DNA of 64,000 nucleotides, from assembly GCA_030265395.1 (NCBI GenBank), contig JARFYF010000119.1, positions 44,876,979-44,940,978 of the forward strand. Direction: 5' to 3'. This document shows, in pieces, positions 54,629 through 64,000 of this stretch; within the stretch, counting starts at the first letter, position 1, and every line of letters starts with the position of its first letter. Both the position numbers and the translations under genes were made by a program. Source of the DNA: Rhina ancylostomus (lineage: Eukaryota). The notes under the pieces are model-generated. The model did no database searches and had not been told where the DNA came from. It was given only the letters and a program-made list of their open reading frames with translations.

Positions 54629-54675
54629 ATGTTGGCACAACATCGTGGGCTGAAGGGCCTGTACTATGTTCTATA
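54629..54675 (+). mobile_element. Extreme 3' tail of a CR1/HER1 element
   Basis: GTTGGCACAACATCGTGGGCTGAAGGGCCTGTACTATGTTCTA. Confidence 0.75.
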
Positions 54676-55685
54676 AAATAGAAGAAATGGAGCTAGTAGT
54701 ACAATCCAACTTTCACCCATTTTCCACAACTACTTAGTTTGAAGGAATTTCAGCCCCTTGTTTTATTTCCAAAAATTTATAACACGTGCATTAGCTGTTC
54801 AAGGATAATGAACACCAATCCTGTTTTAGGAGGATTACATGTCCTTTTCAGGGAAAGGAAGTATAGGCTTTACTTGTGCCTTTCCATAATGTTTTACAAC
54901 TTTATGTTTCGGATCGAGATCCTGATCAGGATCCTGTTAAAACATTGACAATTCCTTCCCTTCACAGTTTGTTTTCTGCTCCAGATGACAGCGTCTGCAG
55001 TTGCTTGTGTCTCCATACACATTGTATAACATCATTTCTAACATTTTATCTTTATGCAAGGAAATATTTGTTACAAGTCTTTTTGTTCTGTCCAAATGAA
55101 TTTTATATCCTTGTGGAGTATACATAGAGCAAATGCATCTACTATGATCTCATCAGAAAGAACTTGTAGGCTGGGAAGGTAAATGCACTGTTTCTCATAA
55201 CATAGTTTGCCTTAAAAAATTGCGATTGTGCTACTAAACCCTTGTGATATATTTTCCAATAGTCTTCACGTTCACAATTCAAACGAAAAATCAAAACAGT
55301 TGGTGCAAGGTGTAGTTTGTAGGATTAAGACATTATCCCCACTTATATCAGACAGGAAATTTGGTGCTGCTGAGTTAGCATAGATGTTTTCATTTTTTTT
55401 AATATAGCCATTTTGCACATTTAATGGTAGGATTTGCAAAGGTGGTGCATTGGCTACTCTGAAGCATCAAAGGATCATTTTTATTACATTACCTGTTTTT
55501 CTTTCTCACTAATTAATTTAATTTCAAAGAAGAATGATAAGAACAATTGCTGCTCTTGGGTTACAAAGTGGACATTACAGACCTAAAATTGGGTATTTAC
55601 TATAACAAGGATAGAAGGTTTTTGTATAGAGAAAGGAAGTACAAAATTAAGAAGCCACAAGCAAAAATGAAAATTAAGAAAAATC

Positions 55686-55836
55686 TAAAGTACTGCAGTT
55701 GATGGAAATCTGAAATAAATGTAGAAAACAGCCAGTAGATCAGTTAGCATTTCTGGAGCAAGAAACAGCGTTAACATTTTAGGTTAATGACTTGACTTGA
55801 CTTGACCTGACCATAGAGATTTTTTTTCCCTACAGA
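55686..55836. repeat. Decayed Penelope-like fold-back copy with central (GACTT)n expansion
   Basis: ACTGCAGTTGATGGAAATCTGAAATAA...GAAACAGCGTTAACATTTTAGGT, then GACTTGACTTGACTTGACCTGACC. Confidence 0.6.
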
Positions 55837-55914
55837 GTAATTAATTGATGATTAGACTGAAATCCCACAAAAGTAACAGAAGTATTCATTTTAATAACCA
55901 AAAACATGGGAACA

Positions 55915-56290
55915 AACACATAATCATGACAGCTATAACAGATTTTTTGGAGGAAAATTGTGCTGACAAATTGGGTTGGATTCTTTGATAAAGTAATGGA
56001 GAGGTAAAGCTGGTTTGGTTGACTTGTGTATCTAGATTTTCACAGGGTAGTTGGCAAAGTGGGATTTATAAACGTTCTAACAAAATTGAAGCCAGTAGAT
56101 TAGATGAGAAGCAGTAGCAATAGCATATATAAGAGATGGAGACCAGAGAGAAGTGGTGAACTGTTGTTTTCAGCCTGCTGTATTCTTGTAAGGAAATGGA
56201 GCTAAATTTAAGCCAATTGCTACTGTTTCTTTGGACAGGTGCTGAAAATAAATGCTGCCTGGCAATTGGCCCTTGCTGACCTAATACCAG
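55915..56290 (+). mobile_element. Very decayed CR1 RT fragment
   Basis: Remnants resembling CLTN.., FFDKVME and VYLDF in the expected order. Confidence 0.55.
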
Positions 56291-56484
56291 AAAAGGCAGG
56301 ATCACATGAATATTCCTACGCAGGTTTCTCAGGATCCTTTCAAAAGATTGATGATAACTTGATAATCAGTAATGTGATAACAAGTAAAAGCCTTGCAAGT
56401 AAAAGGTGGCTCTAACTCCTGGAACTCCCTTCAAGAGAAGGTCTATAGTAGCTCAAGGCAGCAGCTCACCACTATCTCTTCAAG

Positions 56485-57152
56485 GTCAGATCCCTCCTGT
56501 ATGGTTGGGGCATCACCCCCAGCGCACGCTGCCCCCGGGAGGACTGTGCTGGGGAGGAGCCGGTCGCCCACCTCTTTGTGGAATGTGAGTTCGCGAAGAG
56601 GGTGTGGCGAAAGATGCAGGGGTCCTTGTCCCGGTTCATCCCCAGCAGCTACGTAACAGAGGATTCTCTGATCTATGGGCTGTTCCCGGGGTCGCACACA
56701 GAGACGGACATCAACTGCTGCTGGAAGGTCATCAATTCAGTGAAAGACTCCCTTTGGTCTGCCCGGAAATTGTTGGTCTCCCAGCACAACAACGTGAGAT
56801 GTCCGTAGGGGAATGCTGCCAACTGGCACGTTCCAGGCTGCAGGAGTACGTGCTGAGGGACATCCTGAAGCTGGGTGCAGCCAACGCAAGGGCTCGGTGG
56901 GGAAGGACGGCAGTCTAGGGTTCTTCCACCACAGGAGAGGGAGGGGTGGGGTCACGTGAGGAAGCCCCTCAAATATTGTAGATACGGGATAGGGGTATCC
57001 CCCCAGGGAGCCACATGAGTGGCATCGGTGCTGTGTCTTTATATATAAGTAACACTAAGAATGGAACTGTACACGAATGTAAAGGTTTGAACTGTTTTAA
57101 TATTGTATCTAGTTTCTTTTATTACAAATAGTTTATTTTGTTATATAAAAAT
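56485..57152 (+). mobile_element. Tx1/L1-clade LINE 3' end with CCHC knuckle
   Basis: RCPREDCAGEEPVAHLFVECEFAKRVWRKM...LIYGLFPG...KDSLWSARK, one frameshift near 56790, then EMSVGECCQLARSRLQEYVLRD...WGRTAV* (stop 56918), 3' UTR and AT-rich tail. Confidence 0.85.
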
Positions 57153-57857
57153 TAACTTCTGACCCTGCCCAGATCCCAAAAATGAATAATGAAAAATTGC
57201 TATGATTGGTACAAGAGCTGCAACAGAGTCTCCCAAAGGGGGAAGCATTAGCTCCCTTAATGGATGCAGGTTGTGGATTGTGAGCAGAAAGTATGCCTGG
57301 TCAGATGGGAACTGAATCCCACTCTAATCTCATCAATTTGCAGCATACATCTTAGTGTCTTCAGATACCATAAAAAAGCATTATTTTACATCATAAACCT
57401 ATTCACCCAATGCCTCCCTGCCCCACCCCTACAACATCATCTGCATCCCACCTACCAAATCTAGAAATGAGTTGCCAAAATAAGTGTTACAATGGTAGGA
57501 CCAAATTCCATTCTATTTGCCAACATGGATGCAACCTATATTGAGGAAAATAAAGGAGCTAAAATTTGCTCATTTGTTCAAACTATTAGTGCTATCACTC
57601 TGAATCCATCACATTATATGAAGTCCAGAGATGATGTTAATGTTTTACATAAAGGTATAATAAATGGAATTTCCTCCATAATTTTTATTGGCAAAGTTCA
57701 TTCTAGCCATTGCTTTCCCTTTGATAAAAGAATGCATGGAATGATTTCCAGAAAAATGTGTCGTCCAGATGAAATAGATTTTTCCATAAATAAATACAAC
57801 AGTTGTTTGTGTAATGTCTTCGTATTGATATATTACATAGTCTCATGTCTTTTAAAG

Positions 57858-57978
57858 GTGTCTCTTCCAGATGGAATGAACTCCACCAGCATATTGCCCT
57901 CAACTGGTTCTGAGAAACTGCAGTGTTTCCTTAGCAATACTGCAACGGTAACTACAGAAGAATCATGTAAACCATCCG
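57858..57978 (+). CDS. ZFHX4: ZFHX4-like internal coding exon (121 nt, phase 0-1)
   Basis: TCTTTTAAAG acceptor, CCG|GTAAGC donor; encodes VSLPDGMNSTSILPSTGSEKLQCFLSNTATVTTEESCKPS(G), alignable to recalled ZFHX4 VPVPDVM...ASEKSE...AVTAEGSGKYSG; phases fit both neighbours. Confidence 0.85.
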
Positions 57979-58207
57979 GTAAGCCCTTCAATGCAACAGA
58001 TGCCAGCTTTCTATGTGGTATATAGCTAGTATGAGAGCTATGTAATAAATAACCCAGCTGATAAAATTACGATTTGGATGCTAAATTACTTCCAACTGAC
58101 TGATCCCTCAAACGTGCTTTAACAACATGTTTTAAAATGGGACAAGATCTGCTCTCCTGCTGACAATTGCAACAAGGTGTGTGCAGATGCTTGCCATACG
58201 AGAGGGT

Positions 58208-58317
58208 GTTGGTATATTATTGTCACTTGTACTGAAGTGCAGTGAAAAACTTGTCTTGCATACCATTTGTACAGATCAATTCATTACACAGTGCATTGAG
58301 GTAGTACAGGGTAAAAA
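58208..58317 (-). mobile_element. LINE 3' UTR (Rex1-like) running into a gap
   Basis: GGTATATTATTGTCACTTGTACTGAAGTGCAGTGAAAAACTTGTCTTGCATACC resembles a reversed LINE tail common in rays (from recall). Confidence 0.55.
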
Positions 58318-58733
58318 NNNNNNNNNNNNNNNNNNNNNNNNNNNNNNNNNNNNNNNNNNNNNNNNNNNNNNNNNNNNNNNNNNNNNNNNNNNNNNNNNNN
58401 NNNNNNNNNNNNNNNNNNNNNNNNNNNNNNNNNNNNNNNNNNNNNNNNNNNNNNNNNNNNNNNNNNNNNNNNNNNNNNNNNNNNNNNNNNNNNNNNNNNN
58501 NNNNNNNNNNNNNNNNNNNNNNNNNNNNNNNNNNNNNNNNNNNNNNNNNNNNNNNNNNNNNNNNNNNNNNNNNNNNNNNNNNNNNNNNNNNNAGGCAGCG
58601 AGAGGTACAGACAGAGTCCATGGAGGGGAGGTCAAGAACATAAACATGGGGCTGGATCAAAGGCTACTAATATCTTTATATAATTCTACTAGACAACTGT
58701 TTTAAATAATTGTAGTTCACAAACGATGCATAA

Positions 58734-59080
58734 TATAGAGGGGCTCTCAAGGTTACAAGTGACCTGACTTACAGAATTTGGACTTTATGCTAATTGTCTC
58801 GTACGTTCTTAAAGCCTTTTTCAAGCTAGTAATAAAAATGATAATAAAACATTTCATGCTATTCATTAAAGACTAGATACAGTATATATTTATATCACAT
58901 TAGTTTAATTGTGGGTAGTGTTAAGGTGATTGTTTAATGAAATGAAAAAATTATAGTAAATGTATATAGAATGATATGCTATGGGTTACTATAGAAAACA
59001 AACATTTCTGCCTTTCAGACAACCTACTTAGGGACTGTTCTCAGGAACAGAACCCTTACGTAACCTAGAGACTGCCTATA
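58734..59080 (-). mobile_element. Tigger-type MITE with AT-rich interior
   Basis: Left TATAGAGGGGCTCTCAAGGTTAC; reverse complement of right end TATAGGCAGTCTCTAGGTTACGTAAGGGTTCTGTTCCTGAGAACAG; TA at both ends. Confidence 0.65.
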
Positions 59081-60221
59081 CTTAAAAATGAGCCCATTTT
59101 TTGCAGCTTCTATCCAGCACTTTTAAGTGTTCAATTAAATAAATTGCAGTTTTCACTTTTTGCGCAAATTTGAGTGAACCTTCAAACTTTCCAATAACCA
59201 ATGAAGGAGTTTGTTTCCCTACTTTCCTGGATTTTTCCATTATATGGTGATCAATGTCTCTCGTCAATGTTCTTTCCAATATCTGTCATTGTGGAAGTAA
59301 ATATATTATGTGGTATGAAGATTTGTTTTCAAGGTGTTTTTTTTTAAACTTTCATTCATACTCAGTAAGATGAGAGATATTAATACTGAAGGAGACAGAA
59401 CAGAGTAGCACATAGGGTATTAAATACCAGCATCGTGTATGCTCAGACTAAGTGTAAAACCCATTGCTGCAAAGTAAATTTCAATTCCATCTGAGCAGGT
59501 CTTTGAAATTAAGGGTGCATCATTTATTCTTCAGGGAGCCATTCCCATTGGAGCTGAGAGCAGCAAAGGATCTTAGGAATTTTTGATAAGGTGAAATTCA
59601 CCAACTTTCAGCCGAACAATGATGATTTAGCCCTTGCAGTAGAGTATTGGGCCTTGGTGGTTGAATTAGACCAGCCCTAGAATACCATAATGTTATTAAG
59701 CTAAGATGAGATTATGTTAAGATGAGTGTTCCCAATGGGATCATCAATAAGGGGAAAGTTGATAATATTAGAATGACCATAGGTGTTAGAGAATGGGGAA
59801 TCTAGGTGGTCATCTATATTTACCATGTAAGCCCAAATTCAGCCAAAGATTTCACAAATTAGTGTTTCTTTAAGTATTCAGAGTGGAACTTGCATTTATT
59901 CACATCTACATTTAGAAAAGTCATCCTACAAATAAGTATGACAACTGTGGTTATGGTCACTTTCCTTCCACTGGCAATTTAGAAATACACCTCATAGACC
60001 TGTTGTGCCAGGAGACTGAAAGAGTTTGAAATAAGTCAAAGGAACAAGCTTTCACAATCTACAATGAGTCAGATTTACTGGTCTGGGGGAAGTGGAGGAG
60101 CATTCTGCTTGTACAGGGGTCACAAAATATTCCCAGAGTTAAGAGTCACATAACTGAATAAACTGCAGGTTATGAAAAATCTCACGATATCATTAGAAAT
60201 GTAACTTTTTAAGTATTTTCT

Positions 60222-60380
60222 GTTTGACTATTGCCTCAAAATTCAAAGGTCCTGGGTTGCAGCCACACTTCACAACTGACATTAGTGCAGTGCTGAAGGT
60301 TTGCTGCATTTGTACAAGGTGGAGTCTTTTGGATGAAACTGTAAAATGAGCCTTCTACAGACATTAAATGTTCCAATATA
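60222..60380 (+). mobile_element. Decayed Deu-type SINE 5' part
   Basis: TTGCCTCAAAATTCAAAGGTCCTGGGTTGCAGCC...GTGCAGTGCTGAAGG...GTCTTTTGGATGAAAC, similar to the other copies. Confidence 0.45.
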
Positions 60381-60964
60381 GGTATTCTTCCCGATTGTGG
60401 AATTGTAATATGGGACAAAACCTGGATCCCCAAGTTCTTAGCTCATTGATCATGAGCTACAAATCCCCTAATCTGGGGAAGAAGAGGAGCTGACATTCAC
60501 CTGCTATGTTCCAGCAGTTCTTTGGGGACATATCTTGGTACTGTTCAAATTACCCAAGTAAACTAGCCTATATTAGTTGTGGGCAACCGTGTCCTGTACT
60601 GAAACTCGGAAATACTTCAAAGCAAAAGCCTCCAGGAACTGGCTCAAAATTGTTTGGAATTTGTTTTCTTTGATCTGAGCAATCATTCTTGCTCATTCCC
60701 TCAGACAGAGCTTCTACTCTGTAAATCTATCAATGGCTTCAAATAGTTTGAAAGATAACAACACAAGCTCAAAACCTGTTAAATGTTTATAGCCAATATC
60801 GCAGAATAAAATAATATGCTGGGCTTGGGGCTTTTGCGATGGTCTCTGTATAAAAAGAGGTGTGGAATTCACTTTGGGCCACTTATACANNNNNNNNNNN
60901 NNNNNNNNNNNNNNNNNNNNNNAGCAGGCATTCCTTTCCTCTTGCACCTTTTTTTATTGAATAG

Positions 60965-63900
60965 GTGAATATTCATCAGAGGGAAAGTTTTATATAGGCT
61001 CAGACAACTCCAAGTCTGGAACTGAGTCAAAAACTGAGGAGCAGAAACTGCCAAAGGAAGCTTCAGATCCTGCTGATTGGAAGAAGGATGGAAGTCAACG
61101 GTTCAAGATTTCGGATTCTTTGCAAGATCAACTAAATGAACTGCAGAAAAGGCAACAGTTGCCCGTGTCTGATCGCCATGTGTATAAGTATCGCTGCAGT
61201 CAATGTAGCCTGGCTTTCAAGACCATGCAGAAACTTCAGATTCATTCTCAGTATCACGCTATCCGGGCTGCCACAATGTGCAGCCTTTGTCAGCGCAGCT
61301 TCCGCACTTTTCTGGCTTTAAAGAGACATTTAGAAACCAGTCATCCCGAACTAAGCGAGTCTGAAGTACAACAGATTTGTGGGAGTTACCATGTAAATGG
61401 GGAGTTCTGGTCAGAAAATGACATCATCAGTCAAGACGATAACATCCTAGTACAGGAAATGGATAAAGAAGAAGAAATAGACCAGGATGGGAAAGTCAGT
61501 CCAACAGGAAGTGACAGCAGCTCCATTCTAGATGATTTAAGTGCAGAACCAAAGCGAACACTGCCTTTCCGTAAAGGTCCAAATTTTACAATGGAAAAGT
61601 TTTTAGATCCTTCTCGACCTTACAAGTGCACAGTGTGTAAAGAGTCTTTCACTCAGAAGAATATCCTCTTGGTTCATTACAATTCTGTATCTCACCTGCA
61701 CAAACTAAAGAAAGTTCTCCAAGAGGCATCAAGTCCAGTTCCTCAAGAATCCAGCAACAGCATAGATAACAAGCCGTACAAGTGCAACACGTGTAACGTT
61801 GCTTACAGCCAAAGCTCGACACTGGAAATACATATGAGATCGGTGCTCCACCAGACAAAAGCAAGGGCAGCCAAACTGGAAGCTGGAAATTGTAGTACTG
61901 GAAGTGGAAACAATAGCGTGAGCAGCAGCAGTAGCAGTGGGTCTGCCACTGGTCAAATGACTGCAGATTCTCATGGGATGGCATCCGTTACTAATAAGGA
62001 CACCAATGCAGATATCAAAGAAACCATCAAGAAACAGTTGAGCGATACAACTTCTCCCCAGTCTGCCCAACATCACCCTCAGTCACCAGCACAGGCACAG
62101 GCCCAGGACCAAGCACAGGCCCAAGCCCAGGCTCAGGCCCAGGCCCAAGCCCAGGCCCTGGCGCAAGCACAGGCACAAATGCATCTGCAGCATGAACTGC
62201 AGCAACAAGCTGCTTTCTTTCAGCCTCAATTTCTAAACCCAGCATTGTTACCACACTTCCCCATGACAGCCGAAGCTTTACTGCAGTTGCAACAGCCACA
62301 GTTTCTCTTCCCATTTTATCTGCCAGGCACTGAATTTAATCTCAATGCCGAGCCAGGTTTGCCTGGTTCAGGAGCCTTTGGAATATCTGCAATGACAGGA
62401 TCTTTGCTGGATGACTTAAAGCAACAGGTTCAAGGGCAACACCTACTGCAGATTCAGCAACAGTATGGCCAACAACACCAAGTCGTGCAGTCACAGCAAC
62501 TGGCACAAAAACAGCAGCAACAAGTAGTTAAACCAACGAAGCAAGAACAAAACATTTTGAATTCCACAGAGACACAGTTATTAAAAGATGCTTATTCCCA
62601 GAAAGAAGCTGAGGAACAAATGGAGGTAGCAGAGAGCAAGGCACAGCATGATTTTTTAAGTGAATCTGATGCTTTAAGAGAGAATAAAGAGCTTAAAAAG
62701 CAGAAGTCAGTGGAATCGATGCTTCCACCCCCTCGTATTCCATCTGGTGCCAGAGGCAATGCAGCAAAGGCTTTATTGGAAAATTTTGGCTTTGAGTTGG
62801 TTATCCAGTTTAATGAAAATAAGCAGAAAGTGCAGAAGAGGAGCAAGAATGGCGAGAGTGAGAGGGCAGACAAACTGGAATGTGAAGTGTGTGGCAAACT
62901 GTTTTCAAACATACTTATTCTGAAGAGTCACCAGGAACATGTTCATTGTCAGTTTTTCCCATTCGGAGAACTGGAAATATTTGCATGTCACTACAGGGAA
63001 GCATATGACAAGCTGTATCCTGTAATACCTTCCTCACCAGACTCACCTGCACCTCCACCCCCACCTCCTCCTCCTCCTCNNNNNNNNNNNNNNNNNNNNN
63101 NNNNNNNNNNNNNNNNNNNNNNNNNNNNNNNNNNNNNNNNNNNNNNNNNNNNNNNNNNNNNNNNNNNNNNNNNNNNNNNNNNNNNNNNNNNNNNNNNNNN
63201 NNNNNNNNNNNNNNNNNNNNNNNNNNNNNNNNNNNNNNNNNNNNNNNNNNNNNNNNNNNTCCCCCCAGTCATGATGCAGCATTCTTCTTTGCCACCCCAG
63301 CTCACATTACAACTTCCAACCATGGAGTCTTTGTCTGCAGACCTCACCCAGCTCTGCCAACAGCAGCTAGGCTTGGATCCTAATTTTCTGAGGCATCACC
63401 AGTTTAAGCGACCACGCACAAGAATCACAGATGACCAGCTAAAGATCTTGCGGACTTATTTTGATATTAATAATTCTCCGACTGAAGAACAGATCCAAGA
63501 AATGTCAGAAAAGTCGGGACTTCCTCAGAAGGTTATCAAACATTGGTTTCGTAATACCCTCTTCAAAGAAAGACAAAGAAATAAGGATTCGCCATACAAT
63601 TTCAACAACCCACCTATTACCACGTTGGAAGAATCCAGAAATGATACTTACTTTAGTACAGGAGAATATTACAGGACTGATGGTACAATAAATAAACGCT
63701 CATCCCGGACACGATTCACTGACTACCAGTTGAGGGTTCTGCAGGACTTTTTTGACACTAATGCTTATCCAAAAGATGATGAAATAGAACAGTTATCCAC
63801 AGTTCTAAACCTACCTACCAGAGTAATTGTGGTGTGGTTCCAAAATGCACGTCAAAAAGCACGAAAGAGTTTTGAGAACCAAACAGATACTAAAGACAGT

Positions 63901-64000
63901 GAAAGAAGAGAGCTAACCAACGAACGTTATATTCGAACCAGTAACTTGCAATATCAGTGTAAAAAATGTAATGTCGTGTTTCCTCGGATTTTTGACCTAA
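60965..64000 (+). CDS. ZFHX4: ZFHX4-like giant coding exon (3'-incomplete): zinc fingers, AQ tract, poly-Pro, homeodomains 1 and 2
   Basis: Polypyrimidine tract plus TAG acceptor, phase 1; open to the window end, same frame on both sides of the N-run at 63080-63259; contains [105 protein letters not shown]. Confidence 0.95.
61189..61344 (+). other. Tandem C2H2 zinc-finger pair
   Basis: [23 protein letters not shown] and [24 protein letters not shown]. Confidence 0.95.
61621..61851 (+). other. Two C2H2 (matrin/U1-like spacing) zinc fingers
   Basis: [25 protein letters not shown] and [25 protein letters not shown], both with H-X5-H spacing. Confidence 0.92.
62089..62178 (+). repeat. Coding hexamer repeat (GCNCAR)n giving an Ala-Gln dipeptide tract
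   Basis: [30 protein letters not shown]: 15 units, two of them variant. Confidence 0.95.
62875..62946 (+). other. C2H2 zinc finger
   Basis: [24 protein letters not shown]. Confidence 0.92.
63403..63582 (+). other. Homeodomain 1 (atypical WFRN recognition helix)
   Basis: [60 protein letters not shown]. Confidence 0.97.
63691..63870 (+). other. Homeodomain 2
   Basis: [60 protein letters not shown]. Confidence 0.97.

Noticed and set aside
54917-54932. 16-bp perfect palindrome GATCCTGATCAGGATC
   Set aside because: Isolated and short, with no supporting context
57492-58025. 177-aa single-exon gene
   Set aside because: Only 57858-57978 is exon; the rest is open intronic flank
61649-63347. Minus-strand ORFs including the PGPGLGPG and poly-Gly peptides
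   Set aside because: Antisense shadows of the AQ and poly-Pro codons of the ZFHX exon
1-64000. Prokaryotic-type systems (CRISPR arrays, operons, defence islands)
   Set aside because: The sequence is vertebrate intron/exon DNA; there are no regularly spaced repeats and no dense ORFs

Overview
Eukaryotic vertebrate DNA, AT-rich and interrupted by about 18 N-runs. The repeat content (V-SINE/HE1-type SINEs, CR1/HER1-type LINE tails, Deu-type SINEs, Penelope-like fold-backs) points to a cartilaginous fish, probably a batoid; this is inference. The window is the middle of one + strand zinc-finger homeobox gene most similar to ZFHX4. About 43 kb of intron is followed by four short coding exons (43038-43157, 48389-48525, 49110-49310, 57858-57978) and a very large exon from 60965 that runs off the end. 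All junctions are GT-AG with matching phases. The large exon encodes five complete zinc fingers, an (AQ)n tract, a poly-Pro tract partly lost in a gap, two homeodomains and the start of another finger. The ORF track misses it because it has no stop inside the window. The introns hold decayed CR1, L2, Rex1/Babar and Tx1 LINE pieces, SINEs, Tigger-type MITEs and fold-back elements. I found no evidence of a wholly new gene system. The best leads are a ZFHX4/ZFHX3 mosaic of protein characters, fold-back repeats with hammerhead-like remnants and arm-to-arm shared variants, an unexplained 139-bp hairpin, several alternative splice acceptors and candidate conserved non-coding elements. Comparisons with human proteins and repeat consensus sequences are from memory, not from a search.
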